Assembly (NCBI RefSeq): GCF_001194135.2
Contig: NC_068990.1
Coordinates: 18,662,248-18,726,247, forward strand
Length of the DNA stretch: 64,000 bases
Direction: 5' to 3'
DNA from: Octopus bimaculoides
Lineage: Eukaryota
Shown here: piece after piece, positions 51,951-64,000 of the stretch
Numbering within the stretch: the first letter of the stretch is position 1
Layout: each line of letters opens with the position of its first letter
Made by a program: the position numbers and the translations under genes
The notes under the pieces: generated by a model
The model's input: the letters and a program-made list of their open reading frames with translations, nothing else
Database searches by the model: none
Told to the model about the DNA's origin: nothing

Positions 51951-51996
51951 GTGAAAGTGACGTTTCGGACATCAAGTCCTTCATCAGGTAAAAAAA
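51951..51996 (-). ncRNA. Hammerhead-core-like motif (Penelope-like terminus)
   Basis: The minus strand reads CUGAUGA-A-GGAC(UUGAU)GUCC-GAAA-CG-UC, with an intact core, a 4-bp stem II and palindromic ACGU. Stem I does not pair. Confidence 0.45.
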
Positions 51997-52735
51997 GCCA
52001 AAGGTACGAAAGGTGTGTGGTAACACGGGACTAAAATTAAGCGCTAGTTGGAAATGCAATTCTATGGGAAGAAGTTAAGAAGAGCGAAATAAGCGCGCAG
52101 TTGATTGTAAGTATGTGAAAAATTTGTTTAAGAAAAAAGATGAGGATTACCATATATGTTTCCTACTCTTAAATATACGGGAGGCTCTTTTGTTTGCAAC
52201 TCTTGGACACTCAACAATTTTAGTTTAGTTTTAGCCTCAAGACATCCTTCGTTTTGAGACTTGTTTCGAACTGTTACAACCTACTACGAGGCGGTCATGT
52301 TCTATATCTACGACTCTTTCGTAAATTTCATAACAGTACCCTACGATTCGAAGGGGACTTAGCTGTTATTTCTTGCAGGTTAAACTACTGTTTAGAAGTC
52401 TCTTTTTTTTTCTAGAAAGCGAAAGGTGTTTTAATTATGATTCGTATAGTCAGAAGAAGATTTACAAAACTTGGACTCGTGAAGCGTTCTTGGAGATTAA
52501 TGTAAAATCTGCATATTATTAGATGTCTACGTTTATTGTACAATAATTGGTGAAGACGGCAACAGGAAGATAAGGAAAAAAGCCTAACGATAGCTATGGC
52601 ACTATAGCGATAACCTTAACATTTTCTTTTGTTACTTATGTTTCGAAAAGGGCACTAGAAGGCCAACGAAGACAATAAGTGGAGAACAACGATACTCTTA
52701 TCACTACTAATAATAAAGACTCTGCAGCAACTGCA

Positions 52736-52787
<52 letters not shown>

Positions 52788-52930
52788 ATAGTAGTTTCTA
52801 ACAAAAGGTCATAAATTTTGAATGAAGGAATTGACTCGAAGGAAGGAGTCGAATCGACCCCAGTACTTGAGTAGCGCTCTATGATATCGACCTGGGAGGG
52901 ATGAAGAGCAAAGTTGAATGCGGTGGTATC
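52788..52930 (-). mobile_element. Decayed SINE family A, 3' part
   Basis: GTCGAATCGACCCCAGTACT..ATCGACC..GGATGAA..CAAAGTTGA. It abuts an (ACT)n tract at 52738-52787. Confidence 0.6.
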
Positions 52931-52979
52931 ACAAAACATTCTGACCCACGGTCGAAAGACTTTTCCGATTGACCACTTT

Positions 52980-53640
52980 AAGCAGCAGCAACAAAAATAG
53001 CAGCCATAAGAGAAGACCAACACCATTATCACAATCGCCAACACTACTATCACCACCATTATCACCGCCACAACCGCCACCATTGATCAGAACAACCACG
53101 GCCACACGGACGATGACTAGAAATGAAGAAGCTTAAGAAAGATGCGCAGAGACAGCAGTAGTTATTGATGATGATGATAATGATGATGAAGGGGGGGGGG
53201 AAGAAGGAGGACGAGGGAACGGAGGAGGTAGAAGAGGAAAAAGAAGGAAAAATAGGAAACGAAGAAGATGAAGAACAACAAGAAGAAACAGGAGAAGGAA
53301 GAAGAAAAAGAAAAAGATGATGATGATAATGATGAAAATGATGATGATGATGATAATGATGATGATGATATGATGAAGGTGATGATGATGATGATAATGA
53401 TGATGATGATATTGATGAAGGTGATGAACGTGGTGATGGTGGTGATAATGATGATTATCACGGTGATGATTATGATGATGATGATGACCATGATGATCGT
53501 GATGCTGAATAATGATGAGAAAATGAAGAGCATGCATAATAAAGGGAAAAAGGATGATCATCAATACAATGCCGATAAGTAAAGTTATTATTATTATCAT
53601 CAGTATTATTATTATTATTATTATTATTATTGTTTCTTCT
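52980..53640. repeat. Low-complexity (CAC)/(GAA)/(GAT)n/(ATT)n trinucleotide tract
   Basis: Seen directly. It produces the poly-H/D/I/S ORFs in several frames. Confidence 0.9.
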
Positions 53641-53772
53641 TTTTCTGTTTTTTTTTGTCCAATATATTCTCTACGAATAAGAAATAGAATAATCAGCTCT
53701 TAAATAGGAAAAAAATGGTTAACTATAAATAAATCTATTTTAGAAACTATTGGATTTTTCGGCAATTTTCGT

Positions 53773-53830
<58 letters not shown>

Positions 53831-54519
53831 AAAGGAGAGAGAGAGAGAGAGAGAAAAAAAGAGAAAGAAAGAAAGAGGGAGAAATAGCAGACAGTCGGAA
53901 AGAAAGAGAGGCACAAAAACGCCCCTTTTCCATGAGGTATTTCCATCAAGTTCATTAAAACGATCAGATTTGATTGGCCATTTAATATGTCCTGGCTTCT
54001 CTGAGGCAGCTATCTTGTTTGTTATTGATTGCAGCTGTGCTTACAGTGAACCTACATCAGTTAACGAGTATAACAAGATTCTCCTTTTCATTGCACAATA
54101 AATAAATCAACAAATAAAAGTAAGAATAAGCAAATGAATAAATGAAATATATAAAAAAAACAAAAAAAAAACAAAAGGAAAACAAAGAAAACAGACAAAT
54201 GAAAGTACGTAACTGGATGCAAGTGTACGAAGGAAAATAAAGAAAATAACTTACGAAATCAAGGAAAAAAAAGTAGTATGGACAGACAGTTCCTGGCTGA
54301 TAACAATGTGTGTGTATGTATGTGTGTACATATCTGCATGTATATATGCATATATTTATATATTATTTATATTATATGTATATTCCTTTATATATATATA
54401 TATATATATCTTTATATTTATATACATAACACATATGTCTATGCACGTATCCATGTGACTGTCTTCTCGTTCTCATCCTCTCTCTGTTTCACTCTGTCTC
54501 TGCCTTCTCATATATATAT

Positions 54520-54561
<42 letters not shown>

Positions 54562-55221
54562 TTATACATCTATGCATGTATGTATGTGTATGCAAGCACA
54601 CACGCACATATGTATGTACGTGTGCGCGTGTGTGTGTACATATGTTTTTAACTGTATAAATCAAAATAAAAAAATAACACATTAACAGTCAGTTTTTTCT
54701 GCTGATAACAATATACATGCTTACATACATACCTGTTTAATACGCATATATATATTTTCCATTTTCCATATATAATACTCTATTTTTTTTTTACATCCGA
54801 AAGATATCTTTCGAAATATTTCTTACTTTTGTACTTTTGTTTCCCTTTTACTCTTAATTTTTTTTCTTTTATGCATTTATTTTTTACTGTTTGCCCTGTT
54901 TGGTCTGTTTTATTCAATGCTGTACTTTTGTTGCTGTTTACGTATATTTATATTTTTGCTTTCTTCCATTCGAGAACAATATCTTTGATTTTGTCTTCAT
55001 GCCTTCATAAATCGATCACAGTTTTCTTCATATTCTTTCCCATTGAATTATTTAGATCACTATACTGATCACTAGTGGACATGTAAATAAATGTGTATGT
55101 GAATATGGAGTTAGTGACTTAATGAGAGAGAATGTGCTTTGTGAATATAGAAATTTCAACACTAGAACATCTCATCAGTATATTGTGAATACAAAAAGGC
55201 AAGTGAAAACCAACAGAGACC

Positions 55222-55298
<77 letters not shown>

Positions 55299-56130
55299 TA
55301 AATATTGTTGGAAGAAATGAACTTTTCACCAAAAGATCATAAATCAGTCATCAATTATAATGTTTAATTATAAGATTCGATCACTAAATATTGCAGTAAG
55401 AAAACTGTGTTTTTGGTTATTTCCAAAGCTGTCAACGGCAGAAACAACATATCCCCGTTATCGATAAATACAATGATTAAAGAAAGTATAAGGGGTTAGT
55501 TCTCATTATTTTCTCTCGGAGCAAGCTATTTTTGCTTATAATAAGCGAGTTTCTATAAGGCTCTCAAACTAGAGAGGAAGGTAAATCAGCTGACGAGAAG
55601 CTTGGCGACAGAAACATTCACTGTTATCTCCCTTGTAAGCTTGACTCAGAAAAAATATAGCGAACACCTTCAACTTTGTAATAACTATATTTTATTAAAA
55701 TGCATTTAATTCTCTTTGAACATTAACTTTAGAGATATTCCCCTACACTTTTTTCCCATAATATAATGGTAGCAATATTCATTTTATTTAGCTTCATGTC
55801 AATTATGTAAGACCAACGACATCTTAACCGTGGCCATCCTATTGCTAGTACGTCTTAATCTATCTAGGAGTGTATTTCTAAATGCTACCTTCATTTTCAA
55901 GTCAATAGGATATGAAAATTTGCTAGGATATTTGGCTGTTTTATCGAAAAAGTTCATTAGCTGCGTACATCAACTTGATCGCCCTTAGTTTATTTGATAA
56001 TAGTGAGATGTAATGTACACGATATTTTCGATGTTGGATCTTTAATTTTAAACCATGTATCATTAAATGTAGGTATGCAATTCGTGGTCACACAACCACT
56101 TATGCATGCAAATATACCATTGAAACGGAA

Positions 56131-56217
<87 letters not shown>

Positions 56218-57282
56218 ACTGCCTGTCTGTCTGTGTGTATACATATATGTGTATATATATNNNNNNNNNNNNNNNNNNNNNNNNNNNNNNNNNNNNNNNN
56301 NNNNNNNNNNNNNNNNNNNNNNNNNNNNNNNNNNNNNNNNNNNNNNNNNNNNNNNNNNNNNNNNNNNNNNNNNNNNNNNNNNNNNNNNNNNNNNNNNNNN
56401 NNNNNNNNNNNNNNNNNNNNNNNNNNNNNNNNNNNNNNNNNNNNNNNNNNNNNNNNNNNNNNNNNNNNNNNNNNNNNNNNNNNNNNNNNNNNNNNNNNNN
56501 NNNNNNNNNNNNNNNNNNNNNNNNATATATATATATATATAGGTCATATATACACAGGTCATCTGTCAGTTGTGGTTGACCGTTAATCTACGCATGTGTT
56601 CGTGGGACATTTTAGAGAAGATTTGAGCTGATCTTGCACGCACGCACACCATTTCCAAGCCACCGTTCACCAATGTAAAAGTTCCTACTTCAGCCTATAC
56701 TGCCAGGCAACTATGTTGTCACAGGCATTGTTGACAGAAGTTAAACCATTTGAAAAAAATAATCCAAAGACCTCGTATTCAGTCCTGTGGTATTTCGCTA
56801 ATTAACTTCTCTGGATTTTTACTTTTATATACAGACAGAAAGATAAAAAAAAAAAAGAATTAAAGTTGACAATGTTAGAACTTGGAGCTCGGCAGAAATT
56901 AAAGGGAGTAATTTTCTGCAACATTCAACTGACTCGGCTAAATCGCCATCTTCAAAGTTCATTGCAAGCCTTTTTCACGTCGGTCAACATGCTTTGCGTG
57001 TTTTCATCCGGATCTTTACAACCTGACTGGAAATATTACCAGTGACAATTTTGCCCTTTATTCTTTCGGTGTCGATAGAATACAGTACCAGTAAAATACA
57101 GGTGAAGAGCTAATCGTCTGAGCAGCTCCACTCAAAACTAGTGGTTTTGTTTCAAAGAATTAGAGTTAGGCGTGAAGGGAGCAGAAGTTTATCCAAGAGT
57201 GCTTGTTGTGTCGACGACCCCAGGCGAAGAAGTAGGATCTCCCAAGAACTATAAATAGAGGTAGTCTGGCCGTGGTAGGAGT

Positions 57283-57348
57283 GTTGAGTAGCAGTCGAGT
57301 AGCTGTTGAGTAACAGTTGAGTAGCAGTTGTGTAGAGGTTGAGTAGAG
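57283..57348. repeat. 11-bp minisatellite x6 (GTTGAGTAGCA consensus)
   Basis: The units are gttgagtagca, gtcgagtagct, gttgagtaaca, gttgagtagca, gttgtgtagag and gttgagtagag. Confidence 0.9.
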
Positions 57349-57659
57349 ATCATCCGAAGGTGCTAGATAGCAGTAGCGTTGAGACATAACAGTGTTCGGT
57401 TAAAAGCTCTGCTATCACTTTGGATTGAGAGATTGTGCAATTTCAAGAAAACATGTGGATTGCATAGTGCCCTTGCCGAATATATTGCCGTGTATATGGT
57501 GAGCTGAAGCAAGAAGCTTTATATGTAATTTTACTTTACTTTGGATACAGAGGAACGTACGTGACAAGATACGAAATATCATTAATATGATTATATATAT
57601 ATTCTTATACACACATATACACACACCGATATATATATATATATATGTTTAGACATGCA

Positions 57660-57702
<43 letters not shown>

Positions 57703-58024
57703 NNNNNNNNNNNNNNNNNNNNNNNNNNNNNNNNNNNNNNNNNNNNNNNNNNNNNNNNNNNNNNNNNNNNNNNNNNNNNNNNNNNNNNNNNNNNNNNNNN
57801 NNNNNNNNNNNNNNNNNNNNNNNNNNNNNNNNNNNNNNNNNNNNNNNNNNNNNNNNNNNNNNNNNNNNNNNNNNNNNNNNNNNNNNNNNNNNNNNNNNNN
57901 NNNNNNNNNNNNNNNNNNNNNNNNNNNNNNNNNNNNNNNNNNNNNNNNNNNNNNNNNNNNNNNNNNNNNNNNNNNNNNNNNNNNNNNNNNNNNNCAATAA
58001 CGTCAAAAATGATGATGAAGCTGA

Positions 58025-58084
<60 letters not shown>

Positions 58085-58131
58085 CATTATTATCATTATT
58101 ATTATCATTATTATCATTATTATTATTAACG

Positions 58132-58162
<31 letters not shown>

Positions 58163-58208
58163 TAATAGTACTAGTAAAAATAATAATGATGATAATAATA
58201 ATAATAAT

Positions 58209-58260
<52 letters not shown>

Positions 58261-58314
58261 GAGCTGCGCTCGGTAGTGAAGTGAAAGCACGTTATAAAAA
58301 TAAAACTACTGAAC

Positions 58315-58387
<73 letters not shown>

Positions 58388-58397
58388 GTAATAATAA
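58025..58397. repeat. (ATT/ATC)n followed by (AAT)n arrays
   Basis: Seen directly. It is interrupted by about 60 bp of unique sequence at 58261-58315. Confidence 0.95.
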
Positions 58398-59504
58398 TGG
58401 TCTCCCATGTTGTTATTAGATTTCCGACATTTTAGAAATGATTGTTGTTATGTTAAGTGAGAAGATAATATAAAAAGCGTGTCCGTATGTGTGTAAGTGT
58501 ACGAATGACACTTGTTACTAAAACAAACACTCAAAATCAAGCAGACGATGAATAATTGTTATTCTTTTTCTAAACGGAAACAATAATCACGTCCATCTAT
58601 ACTAAAAACAATGAACTTCAATTCGCAGACGCAGCCAACACACATACAGTCGCATACACTCATCTACACACACAACACATAGAAATACACACACTCATAT
58701 ATACATTTGCCCTTTTTCTATTTCTCTCACACACATATATTGTTATATATACAAACTTGCTCTCAGTCACACTCGGACATACAAACATACATACGGACAT
58801 ACATACATACATACATACATACATACATACATAAATACGAATATCCATCGATGTCTATCTTCCAGTACTTACATATATAATATTCACAATAGATATAAAT
58901 ATTTCGCAAGCATAAAGAAAATATTATTCCGGCGTAAAGCTATTTAGCAGAGTGTTCCATAAACATGGATATATATCTTAGAGTAATAACATTGATGGAT
59001 GAAGACAGCTAAGATAAAATGCGAACCAAAAGTAAATCTTGGCTATAAGTAATTTTTCTGAAAAAAGAAAAAAAAAACAATATTCATAGATTTATCTCTG
59101 GATGTGAAACCGTGCTTCTTAAATGTCCTACGTTTAAAATAATAAGGTGATAAAAATTGCAATCATACTTAATAATATAAACCCCGGTAATGGTGATTTG
59201 CGAGCCAGAATCATTGGAATATAGGGGAAATGTTTCTAAATACTTTAAAGACTTTTCTGACTGCAAAACATCCTCATTCATATGGCATTTTTTTCTGATT
59301 GGGTTTACTGATACGTTTAGAGTCAATATGCATCTCGCTTCCTCCCTTGATGTATCTTGCTTGTCACAGCAGCTGGCATTTTATTTTAAACATATGAATG
59401 TTACAAACACAGGTTCATGTCCAGAGAAATATACGAATACATGTATGTATTTACTTCCTTATAATGAATATTTAATATTATATTTAATATATTTTATGCA
59501 CACA

Positions 59505-59651
<147 letters not shown>

Positions 59652-60050
59652 CCATTATCTGTTTTCGAATATATTTTTATATTTCTGCCTTAAATGCTAT
59701 GAGTGAGTGAGAGTAAGCGTATGCTAGTGTGCGTGTATGTGTGGATGTATTTATAAATGTCTATATAAGCAATATCAATGCATATGTCAGTGTACGTGCA
59801 TCTATGGACAAACGTATGTACGTGTTTGTACACAGCATTTAAGAATCAATAATGTTAATTTACTTCACTCAGATTGCATAGAGAGGTCCGCTTTTAATTC
59901 TTTAGTCTATCATTAAAACTACATTAAATCTATTAATTAAATGTCGACTTTTCACATTTTCAAAACTTGTAATCATAGACGTTTCCTTTGTTTTGCGCTT
60001 ATTTCATCTATATATTTATATATATGCATATGTGAGTGTATTTACATACA

Positions 60051-60054
<4 letters not shown>

Positions 60055-60126
<72 letters not shown>
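60055..60126. repeat. (TA)n microsatellite
   Basis: Seen directly. A similar long tract lies at 21123-21207. Confidence 0.97.
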
Positions 60127-60129
<3 letters not shown>

Positions 60130-61414
60130 CAATTTTAGAGGTTTATTGTTGTTGTCTTTACTTTGGGTGTTATATAACGAAAAATAAACATTATAGAGAA
60201 TTAAATAGGTTTAATCACCAAATTATAATTCAACATTCGTCCTAAGGAAATCACTTGCTATACAATCTTATCAGAGACTTGGCTGAGTACTTTTGCTGAG
60301 GGCCATGTAAATAAATCTACCTGAGTATATATGTAGTGGGGTAATTTTATTTTGACCGTTTTCGTAATCAATAACACATCGTCTAATTAAGGACTTTTAA
60401 TACTGCGTCCAGGACATGCATTTCAGAAATCGGTCTCAGCCTCATATAAAAACAACGATAAACGAAATCATTTGGGATATAATAATTTTGTTGAAGTTAT
60501 ATAATAATTTTGTTGATGGTGTATAATTCAAATATCCTCTAGCCACAACTATTCCATGTATTTCTACATCGACTTAAACGTAAGATAGTTGAGTATGTTG
60601 CGAAGGAGATTTTTCCCTACAGTTTCTTGCTGAGTGAGCGTGTAGATGCTTCTTTGTCAGCTCATCCAAAAAATAAAGACTACAGCAACGCCATATACGG
60701 TGCTCCTCTGTGGAGTTGGGTTTGGTTTATAATTCTGGTCTATGTTTTGGTTTATATTTCTGTTACAAACGTAACTTATTTATCTAAAGAGGAATGAATG
60801 TTCCAACGTCAATTTTTTATTTCTTCACCTCTTATTATTATGTTATTGATTATAAATGCGAGAAAGACTAAACATCTAGTAGCTTGATGATATTACTTTA
60901 CTTGCGTTGAGTTTTCCCAGAGGCAGACTAGCATAATAATAACAGCAAAATTAGTGAAGCCCTGATAATCACATTACTACTTTAAGGAATACAACTTATT
61001 CACAATTACATTACTTAATGTGTGATTTATTTTATAAGACAGAATTGCTTTCAGAGGCAGTTGTTTCATATTCCGACTTGATCGAACGAGTGCGCAGTGG
61101 TTTCGTTTATTATTAGTTCACCTGCATTGCGAAGTAGACTTCAGATATGGGCACAGAAGCAAATTTCAGTGGGGAGTCAAAAGTGAACTCTAATACTTGA
61201 TTCTTACTTTATTTTAACAATTACTCTGAAAGAATATAAAGTAAATTTAACGTAGGCAGGATTTGAGATTAGCATATTAAGATCTGGAACAAATTGCGAA
61301 GCTCTAGTGATCAAGTGACACATTGTGCTATCGTTGAGTTGGATAGTGTATATGTAATTAGCAGCTCTAATTTGAATTAACATAAAGGCCTTATATATTG
61401 GTTTCAATTTTTAA

Positions 61415-61596
61415 GACTAGACCAGCAATTTCATGGAAAGGGTAAGTCGATTTTATCGATCCCAGTGCTCTACTGGTATTTCTTTTATCGCACCTAGAAA
61501 GGATGAAAGGTAGAGTCGAACTCGGAACGTAAAGACAGACGAAATACCATTAAGCATTTTGCTCGGCGTGCTAATAATTCTGCCAGCTAACCGCCT
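61415..61596 (-). mobile_element. SINE family A with a small internal deletion
   Basis: AGTCGATTTTATCGATCCCAGTG..GGATGAAAGG..GTCGAACTCGGAACGTAAAGACAGACGAAATACC..GGCGTGCTAA..TCTGCCAGCT..CCGCC. Confidence 0.85.
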
Positions 61597-61899
61597 TAAA
61601 AGGATTATCCATTAAATGACAAAGAGATAAATGGTTGTGACCTTAATTTCTTTCCCTTGAGTGAATTGAATACTCGATTGTGAAAGGAATTTAAATCTAA
61701 CTTTTCTGCTGCATTATGGTAATCATTAGAATTTCTTAGAAAGTTAACTTAAATACTACACAGTTACAGCACTTCAGTTATTTCGTTCTGTTTTTTTCCA
61801 ACATCCTGAGTCAAAGGAAAACACACAGATGCATATTTGCTCTCTGTCTAACCTGATCAATGATATATATAATTGAACGCTATGCATATTATATGCATA

Positions 61900-61913
61900 T
61901 CTATCTATCTATC

Positions 61914-61992
<79 letters not shown>

Positions 61993-62042
61993 TTATCCAT
62001 CGATCCATCTATCCCTCCATCCGGCCGTCCGTCCGTCCGTCC

Positions 62043-62076
<34 letters not shown>

Positions 62077-62095
62077 ATGTCTATCTATCTATTTA
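61900..62095. repeat. (ATCT)n-(GTCC)n-(GTCT)n compound microsatellite
   Basis: Seen directly. Confidence 0.95.
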
Positions 62096-63090
62096 TAATA
62101 CTACTCCTTCTTTGCCAATATGAAGAATGTTCTCATTATTATATCTTTTGTTCGGCTGCATAGAAATGTACTGAATGCTTTATTGTAAATAGTTTCGTTT
62201 TCTTCGATTTATATAATTATCACGATTCAGTCGCATGGGTAAAAAATATATTATTGCATATTTATGTTAGTATAATTGGTAGAATTAAATCTGATACATA
62301 CATTTTGTTCCTATTATATCGAGCCAAAATGATCGTGGAATATTTCATTTCAGATTGTAGAAGCCAAAAATTAAAAATATTCTAAACAATTATTTCGAAA
62401 CCGTATCATTTGCTCAAATTTGGTATCCTATGTTCATAAAATATAGGCTAACTTCGTTATCGAGACTCTCTTAATTTTTAGTACACCAAATAGTTTCACC
62501 GACGCAATAAACACATAGCACTATATTATGTCTCTATTGCAACCAAATATCTTTTGACAACTATTATTTATTTCCCTTTAAACATGTCACTTAGTACCAT
62601 ACTATATAATTTATAATTTGGATTTCGCTAATTTTCTCCGGAATTCTGCAACACCAAGTTTTATTTCAGTAATCAGACGTCGTTAAACAAATTGTAATTA
62701 CTTTAGAATTATATCAATTAGTCAAATTGGACAAAGAATGAATAAACAAATAAAGAAAAACTGACACAGGTTCAACAGAATTAGAATTGATTGTATGAAA
62801 TATTTTATATTTTGCTGTTGTTGATGTTTATCCTCAAGCTTGCTCTACTGGTGAAAGCTTATGACAAACGGCATTCCACTTGTGACTATCACTACCTATT
62901 ATTTCCAGATGAAGTGTATCTAGCCCGACAGAATGTACTATGTTTCAAATTTAAAGAAGATATATGTAATTTGAGGGAGATTTGGTTTACATTTCTCGTA
63001 GGTGAATAAACCGTATAAAGTCTCATATTAGTGGAAAATTTATTACGAGGGAAGAAAAGAAGATGAAAAAGGAAAAAGAGGAAACGGAAG

Positions 63091-63841
63091 GGATCTATTT
63101 TAAAACGGGGGCCACATTTTTCATTAATGTTTTACGTAGTGTTTTTGGTACGGAATCACTTTCAAACTTCGTATACTTATCTATTTTGTGTTATAGAACA
63201 GAAAAATATTTTTGTATTCGAATTTATTTCATGTAAAATATTGTCTTATTTCGATAATTTCAACCAATCACTGACAAGTATTCAGTTGTTTACATTTACT
63301 CCTTTGGCTGATTAAGCGGTGTAANNNNNNNNNNNNNNNNNNNNNNNNNNNNNNNNNNNNNNNNNNNNNNNNNNNNNNNNNNNNNNNNNNNNNNNNNNNN
63401 NNNNNNNNNNNNNNNNNNNNNNNNNNNNNNNNNNNNNNNNNNNNNNNNNNNNNNNNNNNNNNNNNNNNNNNNNNNNNNNNNNNNNNNNNNNNNNNNNNNN
63501 NNNNNNNNNNNNNNNNNNNNNNNNNNNNNNNNNNNNNNNNNNNNNNNNNNNNNNNNNNNNNNNNNNNNNNNNNNNNNNNNNNNNNNNNNNNNNNNNNNNN
63601 NNNNNNNNNNNNNNNNNNNNNNNNNNNNNNNNNNNNNNNNNNNNNNNNNNNNNNNNNNNNNNNNNNNNNNNNNNNNNNNNNNNNNNNNNNNNNNNNNNNN
63701 NNNNNNNNNNNNNNNNNNNNNNNNNNNNNNNNNNNNNNNNNNNNNNNNNNNNNNNNNNNNATATGACACATTCTACCAGTGTTCCAAGTTTCAAAGCGTT
63801 TCGTTAAGAAAATACTGTGGCCCCCGTTTTAAAATAGATCC
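63091..63841. mobile_element. Non-autonomous DNA transposon with perfect 26-bp TIRs and an 8-bp TSD (Merlin-like)
   Basis: The TIR GGATCTATTTTAAAACGGGGGCCACA lies at 63091-63116 and its exact reverse complement at 63816-63841. The TSD AACGGAAG lies at 63083-63090 and 63842-63849. The interior is partly N. Confidence 0.85.
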
Positions 63842-64000
63842 AACGGAAGGATTATAATAGAAAGAAAATGAAAATTAAATTAAAGGAGAGTAAAAGGAAG
63901 AAAATGAAGAAAAGGAGGAGGGAAGGACGAGAAAGGAGAGCAAGAGAAACAAAAGTAGAGAAGGAAAAATAGGTAAGAATATATATAAAATTAAACGAAA

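Noticed and set aside
55590-55628. CUGACGA..GAAACA..UGUU hammerhead-like string
   Set aside because: Stem III is drawable, but stems I and II do not pair. This is compatible with chance.

Overview
This is eukaryotic, AT-rich, repeat-dense genomic DNA with about 7 kb of N gaps, most of them flanked by (TA)n or (CA)n. It looks like a short-read animal assembly. The SINE families and microsatellite load match what I recall of Octopus/coleoid cephalopod genomes; this is an inference, not a database result. I recognise no intact protein-coding gene, tRNA, rRNA or CRISPR array. Most ORF-track entries are translations of microsatellites or N gaps. The best host-exon candidate is 16441-16707 (+), which ends in a splice donor. 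The rest reads as intronic or intergenic DNA made of: four tRNA-derived SINE families; LINE relics (an RTE-type RT and two RLE-type 3' ends); Tc1, maT and mariner relics; hAT and Merlin-like MITEs with target-site duplications (TSDs); and several large inverted-repeat structures. The most interesting signal is a set of at least five hammerhead-ribozyme-like motifs of the minimal type I form known from Penelope-like retroelement termini. They belong to different sequence families, and two of them form the arms of a 275-bp palindrome carrying one motif per strand. All of them deviate from the canonical core, so activity is unproven.
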